From IMG/VR virus record IMGVR_UViG_3300034117_002447, positions 1 to 64,000 of that record: a DNA stretch of 64,000 bases; one strand, given 5' to 3'. Positions 1-8,612 of this stretch are shown piece after piece. The translations under genes were made by a program, and so were the position numbers. The notes under the pieces were generated by a model that was given only the letters and a program-made list of their open reading frames with translations, ran no database searches and was not told the origin of the DNA. Within the stretch, counting starts at the first letter, position 1. Every line of letters starts with the position of its first letter.

Positions 1-308
1 CCTTTCCTGATGGAATCGAAAAGGAGAGAGAGATTGCGAGCCGACTTGCTGAGCTTGACCTACAGGAAAGGCTTGATCAAGGCTTAATTTCTCAAGCTCA
101 ATTCAAAGCAATTTTATTAGATGTTGTTAATCCAGATAAAATGATGAATATTAATTCGCATGCAATCCTATTAGGATACGGCTCAGTTTATAGACGCTCA
201 GATTCTCCCAATATAAACTGGTCCTATGACTCTACCTCAAAACTGTATAAATTCTATGCAGTACAAGACATTATGCCCAACCAAGAACTTACATACTTTT
301 CAAACTAA
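1..308 (+). CDS. SET-domain-like protein, C-terminal part (truncated by window; not in ORF track)
   Basis: Frame from nt 3 reads ...LLGYGSVYRRSDSPNINWSYDSTSKLYKFYAVQDIMPNQELTYFSN*, matching the SET pattern LGYGSxxNHSxxPN...A.rDI..geELT.dY. The stop TAA (306-308) overlaps the ATG of the next gene. Confidence 0.6.
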   Translation, partial: FPDGIEKEREIASRLAELDLQERLDQGLISQAQFKAILLDVVNPDKMMNINSHAILLGYGSVYRRSDSPNINWSYDSTSKLYKFYAVQDIMPNQELTYFSN

Positions 309-1969
309 TGAAGATACAAGAATTCTCATTCCGAAACATTTGTTCATACGGAAATAAATTACAGACGTTTAAATTTACTGACGAGCCTCGACTTGTTCTA
401 GTTCAAGGTAAAAACGGCTCAGGTAAATCTTCAATTTCTGATGCCTTAACTGTTTCTATCTATGGAAAATCGGCAATCCGAAAAACCAAGGAGATTCCTA
501 ATCGTATTAACAAGAATGCCTATACTCAAATTAAATTCTTAACCGATGGTGGTAAATTAATTGATATTGAACGTGGGCTTGAACCAAACTTTTCAAAAGT
601 ATCAGTAGACGGCGCTGAATATAACTTACCGGATAAACGCAGAGTTGATGAGTTCATAGAAGATGAATTAGCCAGAATCCCATTTAACGTATTCTCAAAT
701 ACAATCAGTCTATCAGTAAATGATTTTAAGAGCTTCGTTAAATTAAGTCCAGCAGATAAACGTCAAATTATCGATAAGATCTTTGGACTAGATATAGTTA
801 ATGACATGTCTAAAATCGTGAAAGAAGAATCCAAGAAAATTAAAGGGGATGTTTCTGCCCATGAAACGGCTATTTCAAGTAATCAGAGACTTCTTGAGTC
901 GTCTCTTCTTCAGCTTGAAAATCTAAAAGTTGAAATTGAAACTTCAAATGAGACTCGAATTTCTGAAATTACTGCTCAAATATCTCAATTAGAAATAGAC
1001 AAACAGGCTAAGAGAACTGAAGCAGCTTCTTTTAATACTAAAATAGAGGAAATCCGAACCTCAATCCGAACTAGTCAAGATAGCCAGTCTTCTACTCGTT
1101 TAAATATCTCAGAAATCCAAAAGAAGCTAGATATCTATGCAAAAAATAAATGCCCTCACTGTTTATCTGACTTAACTGACGAATTACACAGCCAAATTAA
1201 AGATAAGTTACAGGCAAAGAAGATTCAACAAGAGTCCCTAATTCCATCGATTACTGAATCGCTTGCAAGTCAGGCGACAGGTCTTAAAAAGATTGAGGAG
1301 TCTCAAAATACAGCAAAGGCCGATTACTATTCAATCGATGCAAATATTACATCTCTTAAGAGAGAACTCTCTGGATTAAAAACGCAAACAGTTAAAACAA
1401 CTGATCATCATTTAGCTGAAGTAATTAAAAACATACAGTCTGAAATTGATGATTCTAGTAAGACCTTAAAAGTTGAGCAAGAAAAGTTAAAAGTTTCGCA
1501 AGAAATGGAAATGATCTTATCGGATAACGGAATGAAACGTATGCTAATGAGTCAAATTATTCCACTATTAAATAAGAAGATCCTAAAAACCGCTAAAGTA
1601 TTAGAATTTAAGTTTTCGTTCGAGTTTGACCTAGAGTTCAATCCGATCATTACTCATTTAGGAATGCAAGTTTCACCAGACTCATTATCTGCTGGAGAAC
1701 AAAAGAAAATGAACTTAATCGTTCTGCTTTGTATACTTGAACTTATTAAACTTAAACATAATAAAGTAAACGTGTTATTCTTAGACGAAGTATTTTCTTC
1801 TCTTGACGTAGACTCTATTTTTAGAGTAGTTGACCTCTTAAAAACTTTCTCAAAGAAGTATAATATGACCGTGTTTGTTATCTCGCATGATCCATTACCT
1901 GAAGAATACTTCGATACTAAGATCCAGGTTGAAAATACTGACCATTTTTCAGATTTAGCTATTGTATAG
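308..1969 (+). CDS. gp46: SbcC/Rad50-like recombination ATPase (T4 gp46-like)
   Basis: Walker A GKNGSGKS, coiled coil with CPHC zinc hook, LSAGE signature, Walker B FLDE, VISHD. Confidence 0.93.
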   Translation: MKIQEFSFRNICSYGNKLQTFKFTDEPRLVLVQGKNGSGKSSISDALTVSIYGKSAIRKTKEIPNRINKNAYTQIKFLTDGGKLIDIERGLEPNFSKVSVDGAEYNLPDKRRVDEFIEDELARIPFNVFSNTISLSVNDFKSFVKLSPADKRQIIDKIFGLDIVNDMSKIVKEESKKIKGDVSAHETAISSNQRLLESSLLQLENLKVEIETSNETRISEITAQISQLEIDKQAKRTEAASFNTKIEEIRTSIRTSQDSQSSTRLNISEIQKKLDIYAKNKCPHCLSDLTDELHSQIKDKLQAKKIQQESLIPSITESLASQATGLKKIEESQNTAKADYYSIDANITSLKRELSGLKTQTVKTTDHHLAEVIKNIQSEIDDSSKTLKVEQEKLKVSQEMEMILSDNGMKRMLMSQIIPLLNKKILKTAKVLEFKFSFEFDLEFNPIITHLGMQVSPDSLSAGEQKKMNLIVLLCILELIKLKHNKVNVLFLDEVFSSLDVDSIFRVVDLLKTFSKKYNMTVFVISHDPLPEEYFDTKIQVENTDHFSDLAIV

Positions 1970-2022
1970 TTAACCTTTTTCCTTTTTTTGAGTATTATAG
2001 TTACTAGTTTAACACAATTAAT

Positions 2023-2913
2023 ATGATTACATTTAAAGGAAAGACTTTCGCTTCATGCTATGAAGACTCCATTAAGTATTTAATGGCTAACGGTCTTGTG
2101 AATAACGCTAGAGGAACTACCAGTAAAGAATTACTAGATGTTGCACTCGAAGTCGAAGATCCAACTCAATGCCTATACCTAAATCAGGCTAGAAGTTCGC
2201 AAATGAAATACATTGCAGCTGAATTCCTATGGTATTACATGGGTCGTAATGATGTAGCGTTTATTTCAAAATGGGCTAAATTCTGGGAAACAATTCAGAA
2301 CACAGACGGCACCGCAAACTCTGCTTACGGTAATCTAATCTTTAAAGAGACAAACTCTCATGATTTGACTCAGTATCAATGGGCAATTCAAAGCCTAATG
2401 AACGATTCGAACACTCGCCAAGCAGTTCTGCACTTCAATAAACCAGTTCACCAGCATTTTTCAAATAAAGATTTTGTTTGTACTATGTACGCAAATCTTC
2501 ATATTCGAAATAATAAACTTTACATGAGTGTTTTCATGAGAAGTAACGATGCAGTATGGGGTACACCAACTGATGTTGCTTTCTTCTGTTCTCTACAAAT
2601 GCAAATCCATTCTCATCTTAAGCAATTCTATCCAGAATTGGAATTAGGATCGTATACTCATGTCGCTAATTCATATCATGTTTACGATAGACACTACGAT
2701 CTAGCTGGCTACATGTTACAAAATGAATTTTCACCAGTAACTTTACCAGCTATCGTATCTGATTTAATCGAAATAGACGGAACTCCTAGTAAAGATTTTG
2801 AAATACTATTTGATTCTATTAATAAACATACAGACGATGTCCTAATTTTTCAAAATGGCGAAGACCTTTTGAAATGGATATTTGAAAAATCTCAAGGAAA
2901 TGTCAACTACTAA
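2023..2913 (+). CDS. Thymidylate synthase superfamily enzyme, dCMP hydroxymethylase-like
   Basis: TRQAV, DFVCT...IR and MRSNDAVWGTPTD motifs. Asp sits at the position of ThyA Asn177. Confidence 0.85.
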   Translation: MITFKGKTFASCYEDSIKYLMANGLVNNARGTTSKELLDVALEVEDPTQCLYLNQARSSQMKYIAAEFLWYYMGRNDVAFISKWAKFWETIQNTDGTANSAYGNLIFKETNSHDLTQYQWAIQSLMNDSNTRQAVLHFNKPVHQHFSNKDFVCTMYANLHIRNNKLYMSVFMRSNDAVWGTPTDVAFFCSLQMQIHSHLKQFYPELELGSYTHVANSYHVYDRHYDLAGYMLQNEFSPVTLPAIVSDLIEIDGTPSKDFEILFDSINKHTDDVLIFQNGEDLLKWIFEKSQGNVNY

Positions 2914-3376
2914 CTCACTATCCGTACAGAGGCAACATAAGGTTGATGTCGCCTACATCAAAATGGCCCAAGTTTGGGCAGAATTATCTCATGCAACTCG
3001 TAAAAAAGTTGGAGCATTAATTGTTAAGAATAACACGATTATTGCAGATGGATTCAATGGTACTCCTTCTGGATTTGAAAATGAATGCGAAGAGGCCGTA
3101 ATGAACGAAGACGGTTCATTTAGAGAATACAAAACAAAATGGTACGTTCTACACGCAGAGTCTAATGCTTTAGCTAAAGTTGCTAAATCTACTCAAAGTT
3201 GCGATGGATCGACCTTATACATAACTTACTCCCCATGTACAGATTGCAGTAAATTAATACTTCAAGCTGGAATAAAAAAAGTTGTTTATCTAGAGGAATA
3301 TCGAGATATTGCTGGACTTGATTTTTTAAGAAGAGCCGGGGTAGACGTTAAAAAAATCAGCCTAGATTCAATATGA
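2900..3376 (+). CDS. cd: dCMP deaminase
   Basis: KVGALIV, GFNGTPSG, HAESNA and PCxxC zinc motifs. ATG at 2900 preferred over TTG at 2882. Confidence 0.92.
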   Translation: MSTTNSLSVQRQHKVDVAYIKMAQVWAELSHATRKKVGALIVKNNTIIADGFNGTPSGFENECEEAVMNEDGSFREYKTKWYVLHAESNALAKVAKSTQSCDGSTLYITYSPCTDCSKLILQAGIKKVVYLEEYRDIAGLDFLRRAGVDVKKISLDSI

Positions 3377-3774
3377 TTGATACAGATGACAGAAGACTTG
3401 AAATCGTTTTCGTAAAAGACCAAAAACAATTTATTCAAACCTTTAGTAAGAAGCAGAAATGCGATTATTTACTAAACGTAAATAAAATAATCAAGGAGAA
3501 ATTTGAACAGGAAATTCTTGTGCCAAATAAGATCCAATCGTTCCTAATTAATTATGAGATTAAGAAATTAATCGATAAAGCAATTAACGTTAGAAACCGT
3601 AAATACAATAGAATCATTTACGTTAATTCTGGACTTAGTGCAAGTAGCGTAAATAATGCTATAAAATTCCTAAATACTGCGTATCAGTCAGTAGAGTTTA
3701 TCCCTCAATTAATAGATGGGGATCTTGAAATTGGAGAATTAACTGGAGTTGAAACAATAAAAAAGGGACTATAA
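3373..3774 (+). CDS. hypothetical protein
   Basis: 133-aa ORF overlapping the upstream stop (ATGA), ending at a terminator. Confidence 0.7.
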   Translation: MIDTDDRRLEIVFVKDQKQFIQTFSKKQKCDYLLNVNKIIKEKFEQEILVPNKIQSFLINYEIKKLIDKAINVRNRKYNRIIYVNSGLSASSVNNAIKFLNTAYQSVEFIPQLIDGDLEIGELTGVETIKKGL

Positions 3775-3790
3775 AGTCCCTTTTCTTTTT
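3759..3790. terminator. bidirectional intrinsic terminator
   Basis: AAAAAAGGGACT-ATAA-AGTCCCTTTT hairpin between convergent genes. Confidence 0.85.
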
Positions 3791-3808
3791 TATTAAGTTT
3801 CTAAAGAA

Positions 3809-4462
3809 TTACATCATTTCGTCTTCTTCTTCGTTCTCTTCTTCTTCGTTCTCGTCTTCTTCACCTTCTTCAGATTCTTCTTCTAAACAAAGTTTTTTAA
3901 CAGCTGCACAAAGTAGATTGCAAACTTCTTCTTTTTCAATTTCCATCTTTTCAGCGATATCTTCGATCATAGCTTCAAGATCTTCTCCGAAATCAGCCAT
4001 TAGATTTTCTAATTGCTCTTCGTCTACTTCAATTTCTTCTACTTCTGCTCCTTCTTCTGGAGTCTCTTCCATTTCTGGAGCTTCCTCTTCAGCTTCTGCG
4101 AACATGTTATAGCCTTCATTTTCGTTTACGAATTGTTCGAAACGTTTAATTTTTCCTTCTTCAACAGCGTCAACTGTTGCGATTGTTGGTTTTGCGTACA
4201 TAGGGTCAAATGGTTTTTTCTTAGCAGTTCTTGAGATTAAGTCACGAGTTACTGCTTTCCACGTCGTGTCATAATTATGATTGAATTTTCCACCTTCAAA
4301 ATCGGCATTTCTGTCGACTACTCGTTGGTATCCATCAAGTGATTTTCTTTTTGATTTATCAAAGTCTTCCTTCTCTTTGGGACCTCCGAATGCAGGCTTC
4401 TTCAAGTCACTGTATCGATCCATAGAAGGATTATCTCTGCGTTTTACGTTAAACATGTCCAT
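3809..4462 (-). CDS. acidic hypothetical protein, possible internal head protein
   Basis: Glu-rich C-terminus; internal KRFEQFVNE motif. Confidence 0.75.
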   Translation of the reverse strand: MDMFNVKRRDNPSMDRYSDLKKPAFGGPKEKEDFDKSKRKSLDGYQRVVDRNADFEGGKFNHNYDTTWKAVTRDLISRTAKKKPFDPMYAKPTIATVDAVEEGKIKRFEQFVNENEGYNMFAEAEEEAPEMEETPEEGAEVEEIEVDEEQLENLMADFGEDLEAMIEDIAEKMEIEKEEVCNLLCAAVKKLCLEEESEEGEEDENEEEENEEEDEMM

Positions 4463-4483
4463 AGTCAGTTAGCGATGATTTTT

Positions 4484-5068
4484 TTATTGTCCGATTCTAG
4501 ATTCAGTGTACATATCCGCTGTGAATTGTGCGGTTAGTTTATAAATACCGTCTCCTGCGTAATCTAGTGCAGTTTCAGTTAATTTATTTGGTCCAATGAA
4601 TACTGGTGAGAACATAAAGTCTCTGTAAATTACACCAGCTCTATTAAATTGCGTTACTTGAATGCTGGCATCCGCGTAGTCAACTTTTAAACCTTGACGA
4701 CCAGTTAATGGATCGTAAATTAAATCTGCCCATGCTCTTAGTGCATTGTAGATGTACATATCATTATTATTGTTTAAGTTAACCTCAAAATCAATATTAA
4801 ACTGATGATACGTCTGAGCTGGTTTAGCTGGAGCATAAGTTCTTTGAGCGAATTTATAGTTCTGCGTAATTACTGCTGAACCTGAACCTGCAAGCTCTGG
4901 TAAACTAGTTACCTTAAGAACGTGTTCAAGCATTAAGTTGTTACCGAAACCTATTTTACCAGCAACTGCTGGTGGAGGAGTAATAATTACCTCAAATTGA
5001 TTAAGGTACAACGGCTCGTACTTTCCAGGACCGGCTGTTGAGTTTTTAAAATGTGGTAGACCTGCCAT
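4484..5068 (-). CDS. gp19: tail tube protein (gp19-like)
   Basis: EP-Y-NQFEV, W.DLIYDP.TG and F.ADMY patterns typical of T4-like tube proteins; 194 aa; late promoter upstream. Confidence 0.85.
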   Translation of the reverse strand: MAGLPHFKNSTAGPGKYEPLYLNQFEVIITPPPAVAGKIGFGNNLMLEHVLKVTSLPELAGSGSAVITQNYKFAQRTYAPAKPAQTYHQFNIDFEVNLNNNNDMYIYNALRAWADLIYDPLTGRQGLKVDYADASIQVTQFNRAGVIYRDFMFSPVFIGPNKLTETALDYAGDGIYKLTAQFTADMYTESRIGQ

Positions 5069-5087
5069 CTTGTCTCTTATTTTTTAG

Positions 5088-6113
5088 TTATTTATTCTTG
5101 TCCGAAGCAACTTGTTTATCGGATGATCCTTCTGATTGAGAAGGTTCCCTTGCTTCAATTTCTTTTTGTATTTGCTTTTGTAAAGCCTTAATTTCAGAAG
5201 TAGTTTTACTTCCCAGTGTAATATTTGTTGCTTTAATAACGTCTGCTATATCTAATTCAGGTTTCTCTTTTGAATATACTGAATTTTGATCAGGCGTAAA
5301 GCTTAATTCGATCGATGGTAATATTTGAGCTAACAAATTTCCACCAAACTTAAATTCCTTTTCGTCAAACTCTGGAAATTCCATTCTAAATGTTCTGCCT
5401 AATAGACCTGACATTGAAATTTCTGCATAAATTTTAGTTTTATTATCAATCGTTTCTCCCGATACTACTTTTGATAGATTATTTGATACTTGATATAGAA
5501 ACTTAACCCCTGCAGAGTAAGCTCCTCTTTCTTGCTGACCTTCTAAAAATCTAAGACGATCTCCTTTAACTACTACTGTGTATGCATAGTCGCTAACTGC
5601 AGCAGTTTCGTCAGGCGTCACATCTGGTACATCAATTTCCTCAGGCTTAGTATCAATAATCGCAGGTAATCCAGGTTCTTCTACCTTAACCAGGTCACCA
5701 CCAGGCGAGTATCCTGCTAATTGTTTAGGAGCGTCTGGCCCAGGAGGTAAAGCTTTTTGAGTTTCTTCATCCTCTTCCTCCTCTTCTCCAGACCCTAACT
5801 GTTTGGGTGCATTTGGCCCAGGAGGTAAAGCTTCAGTAGCCTCATTCTTTTTACTAGATTCACTTGCAATTCGTGCATCAATTATCTTATTGATTTCAGA
5901 TATTAGATCATTGAGTAGAGCCCCTGATGTGTACTTAACATACAATGGAGCTGCATAGGCAGACGTATATTGTAAATCAGGATACACGTCAGTCTCGTGA
6001 ATTTCGATTCCTTGCTTTGTTTGATCCCACTTAGACTGTTGACCTTTCCCTGGATTACTCCAAGTTATGTTAAAGCTAATTAGTGATTCTGATATAACTC
6101 CTTGTGCGCTCAA
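5088..6113 (-). CDS. hypothetical protein with duplicated ALPPGP(N/D)APKQL motif
   Basis: 341-aa ORF (TTG start uncertain) with a 36-nt internal repeat at 5718-5753 and 5796-5831. Confidence 0.7.
   Translation of the reverse strand: MSAQGVISESLISFNITWSNPGKGQQSKWDQTKQGIEIHETDVYPDLQYTSAYAAPLYVKYTSGALLNDLISEINKIIDARIASESSKKNEATEALPPGPNAPKQLGSGEEEEEDEETQKALPPGPDAPKQLAGYSPGGDLVKVEEPGLPAIIDTKPEEIDVPDVTPDETAAVSDYAYTVVVKGDRLRFLEGQQERGAYSAGVKFLYQVSNNLSKVVSGETIDNKTKIYAEISMSGLLGRTFRMEFPEFDEKEFKFGGNLLAQILPSIELSFTPDQNSVYSKEKPELDIADVIKATNITLGSKTTSEIKALQKQIQKEIEAREPSQSEGSSDKQVASDKNK
5089..5095 (-). promoter_or_regulatory. T4-type late promoter ATAAATA upstream of the tail tube gene
   Basis: ATAAATA about 20 nt upstream of the ATG; the motif recurs before about 15 late genes. 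Confidence 0.7.
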
Positions 6114-6116
6114 TTA

Positions 6117-6422
6117 TTATCCTATTTCTTTTTCGCCTTGGAATTCTTTTCCGCGGTTGGATTTTTTCTTAGTTGGATCAACTGGCTTGTAATTTGCCCA
6201 AATCTCATTATAGATTCGGCATGAAGCTCCCATGAAATTGACAATCCCTACGAATTTCTTACGATCTTCGCCCTTCATACGTGAAATTTTCTTTCCGATG
6301 CTACGTGCATCATCTAAATCCAATTCCTCGTCGTCTGATTTTCCAACTAAATCCTTTATAGAATTCTCTTGAATTACGAACTGTTTAAATGGAGTTAGTC
6401 TGTTTTTATTTTTATCTGACAT
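6117..6422 (-). CDS. hypothetical protein, capsid-targeting-like N-terminus
   Basis: RLTPFKQFVIQE motif; operon context. Confidence 0.75.
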   Translation of the reverse strand: MSDKNKNRLTPFKQFVIQENSIKDLVGKSDDEELDLDDARSIGKKISRMKGEDRKKFVGIVNFMGASCRIYNEIWANYKPVDPTKKKSNRGKEFQGEKEIG

Positions 6423-6442
6423 GGTCGAGATTGATTTTTTAA

Positions 6443-6808
6443 TTACTTAGGCATTTTAGCCATGCTAGGCTCAACTTTCTTATTAATAGCATTTCCTTTA
6501 ATAACGATCTTCGCCATTTTAGAATCTACTACTTTATTAGAAGCCGTACCTTTGCTAGTAGGCAATTTAGAAGTTTTAGTATCAACTGTTTTTGTACTAG
6601 TTGTACCTTTACCTTTAGGAAGACTTGCCATTTCAGGTTTAACAGTTTTATTTGAGTTAGAACCTTTACCTTTAGGAAGTTCTTTCATCTCAGCATTAAC
6701 TGACTTGTTAGATTTAGAACCTTTACCCTTAGGAAGATCTGCCATTTCCTGGTTGATCGCTTTTTTCTCTAAAAGAAATTGTGCGTAATTTAAAACGGTG
6801 TTGCTCAT
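6443..6808 (-). CDS. Lys-rich repeat protein, putative DNA-binding internal head protein
   Basis: VLNYAQFLLE N-terminus, then about five 19-aa repeats (MxxLPKGKGS...); own late promoter at 6845. Confidence 0.75.
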   Translation of the reverse strand: MSNTVLNYAQFLLEKKAINQEMADLPKGKGSKSNKSVNAEMKELPKGKGSNSNKTVKPEMASLPKGKGTTSTKTVDTKTSKLPTSKGTASNKVVDSKMAKIVIKGNAINKKVEPSMAKMPK

Positions 6809-6844
6809 TGTGCTTTATTATTTTGTTTATTGTTTTTAGATAGT

Positions 6845-6851
6845 TATTTAT
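6845..6851 (-). promoter_or_regulatory. late promoter ATAAATA
   Basis: Lies between the major capsid terminator and the next gene. Confidence 0.7.
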
Positions 6852-6865
6852 TAGCGATTCTCCTA

Positions 6866-6901
6866 TAAAAAAAGAAAAGGCTCCCTTTTGAGGAGCCTTT
6901 T
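6866..6901 (-). terminator. intrinsic terminator after major capsid gene
   Basis: AAAAGGCTCC/GGAGCCTTTT hairpin followed by a T-run on the minus strand. Confidence 0.88.
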
Positions 6902-6927
6902 GCTTATGTATTTCCGTTTGCTTACGA

Positions 6928-8595
6928 TTAGTAAGATGCAGAAGGACGAGTAGAACCAGTCAATACACCTAGACCTGTTACGTTCAAGGTAATGTATTGA
7001 GTTTCTGGGTGCCATCCAGCTTCTGTAATAGCATAACGAGACTTCATACCAATTTTCGGAGAGAAAGTTCCCTCTGCGATTGTTTGAAGAGACTCTGCCA
7101 TGATATATGGAAGGAATTTAACACCTGGCTCTTCATCAGCGCCTTTACGACCGATATGGATACGATCGTCGCTGAATTTCAAGTTAGGATCTACGTACAC
7201 AGTTAAACCGTGAACTTTACCTGCAGGGTACAATTGACCAGCAGCAGATGGAAGATCGTTATTGAAAGGAGCGAACGAGTAACCAGCTACGTCTGCTAAA
7301 GCAGAAGCAACACGACCGTTAGTAACGATGTAAGTACCTGCACCGAAACGACCTCTATGATAAATCAAGTTAGCCATTTCAAGGATTTTAGTTACAACAC
7401 GACGTTGTAAAGTTGAGATGTTCTCGAAACCAGTTGAACCTACAGTTAAGTCCAAAGTAGTGATTCCTGCACCTTCAACTGCTGCGATAGCAGTGTTGTG
7501 AACAGAACCTAATTTGAATACACGGTCAACTAATTTTTTGTTGATTGATTGAGCAAGCTCGTTAACTGCTACGTTCTCTAACATAGAGATTACGTCGAAA
7601 TTCCAAACTCGGTTAAGATCTTGGATTTGCTCAACAGTTGCAGAGATAGCAACTTGGTCACCTTTAGCCTCAATGAATTTCGTAAACATACGAAGACCCA
7701 TTTGACGGAATTTAGAAACCTCAGCAACTTCTCTCTTCATTCCTTCGAATGGTAATTGAGAACCTGTGTCGCCTAAGAAAGGACCATCAAATGCAGTTGT
7801 TGCATAATCATCATCACTTACTGAAGTAAATCCAGAGATGTGGTTTTCTAAAGCAGATACCAAAGTAACTGTGTTAGCTGCGAATGCAGTTGTACCTAAA
7901 CCATCGTAAGGATCGCCTGTAGCACCAGTTCCAGAACCGATTGCTGTAGCACTAATTGATGCAAGGAAGTCAGCAACAGTAGTAGCACCATCAGTACCAG
8001 TTACTACTTTAAGGATTGGTTGACCATCAACACGTGATTTTCCAACCAATTGGAATTTCCAATCTGCGTTAGTACCGTCGATGAATTTACCAACTGCGAT
8101 AGATGCGCTGATTGAAGGAACTTTAACCATGAATGGCTCGTATGCTTTATCAGTGTTACCACCTTGGTATACGTAATCCAAATAAGGTAAGAAACCTACT
8201 GGAGAATCCATAGGAACTACACCAACTAGGTCGAAACCGATAGTTTTAGCAGCTACTTGGATAGCTACCGGTAAAAGGCTTGGGAATTTATCACCAGAAC
8301 CTGATGCAGAAGCACCGTAACCGTTTTTTACACCAGCAGATGAGAATGGAGTCATTGAGCTAGTTGGAGCAGAGATTGCACCGATTGAAGAGATAGAACC
8401 TGGTTGTTGTAAGAACAATCCTGGAGCTACCGCTGATTCATTGATTGAACCTGCGTTATCGAAAATTGCGTGGTTGTGAGCGTAGTCTACTAACCAAGGG
8501 CGAGCTTTTACGTCTGCACCGTAACCTTCTAAAACTGGAGTCCAAGTTTCGTTAATTGAAGCGTCGTTCAATTTTTTGAAAATTTTAGTTGCCAT
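6928..8595 (-). CDS. gp23: major capsid protein (gp23-like)
   Basis: W.PVLE N-terminus, DLVGVVPM..P.G motif, YxPY and KSRY motifs, INE processing-type site. Confidence 0.95.
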   Translation of the reverse strand: MATKIFKKLNDASINETWTPVLEGYGADVKARPWLVDYAHNHAIFDNAGSINESAVAPGLFLQQPGSISSIGAISAPTSSMTPFSSAGVKNGYGASASGSGDKFPSLLPVAIQVAAKTIGFDLVGVVPMDSPVGFLPYLDYVYQGGNTDKAYEPFMVKVPSISASIAVGKFIDGTNADWKFQLVGKSRVDGQPILKVVTGTDGATTVADFLASISATAIGSGTGATGDPYDGLGTTAFAANTVTLVSALENHISGFTSVSDDDYATTAFDGPFLGDTGSQLPFEGMKREVAEVSKFRQMGLRMFTKFIEAKGDQVAISATVEQIQDLNRVWNFDVISMLENVAVNELAQSINKKLVDRVFKLGSVHNTAIAAVEGAGITTLDLTVGSTGFENISTLQRRVVTKILEMANLIYHRGRFGAGTYIVTNGRVASALADVAGYSFAPFNNDLPSAAGQLYPAGKVHGLTVYVDPNLKFSDDRIHIGRKGADEEPGVKFLPYIMAESLQTIAEGTFSPKIGMKSRYAITEAGWHPETQYITLNVTGLGVLTGSTRPSASY

Positions 8596-8612
8596 TTTTT
8601 AAAAATGTTTTT

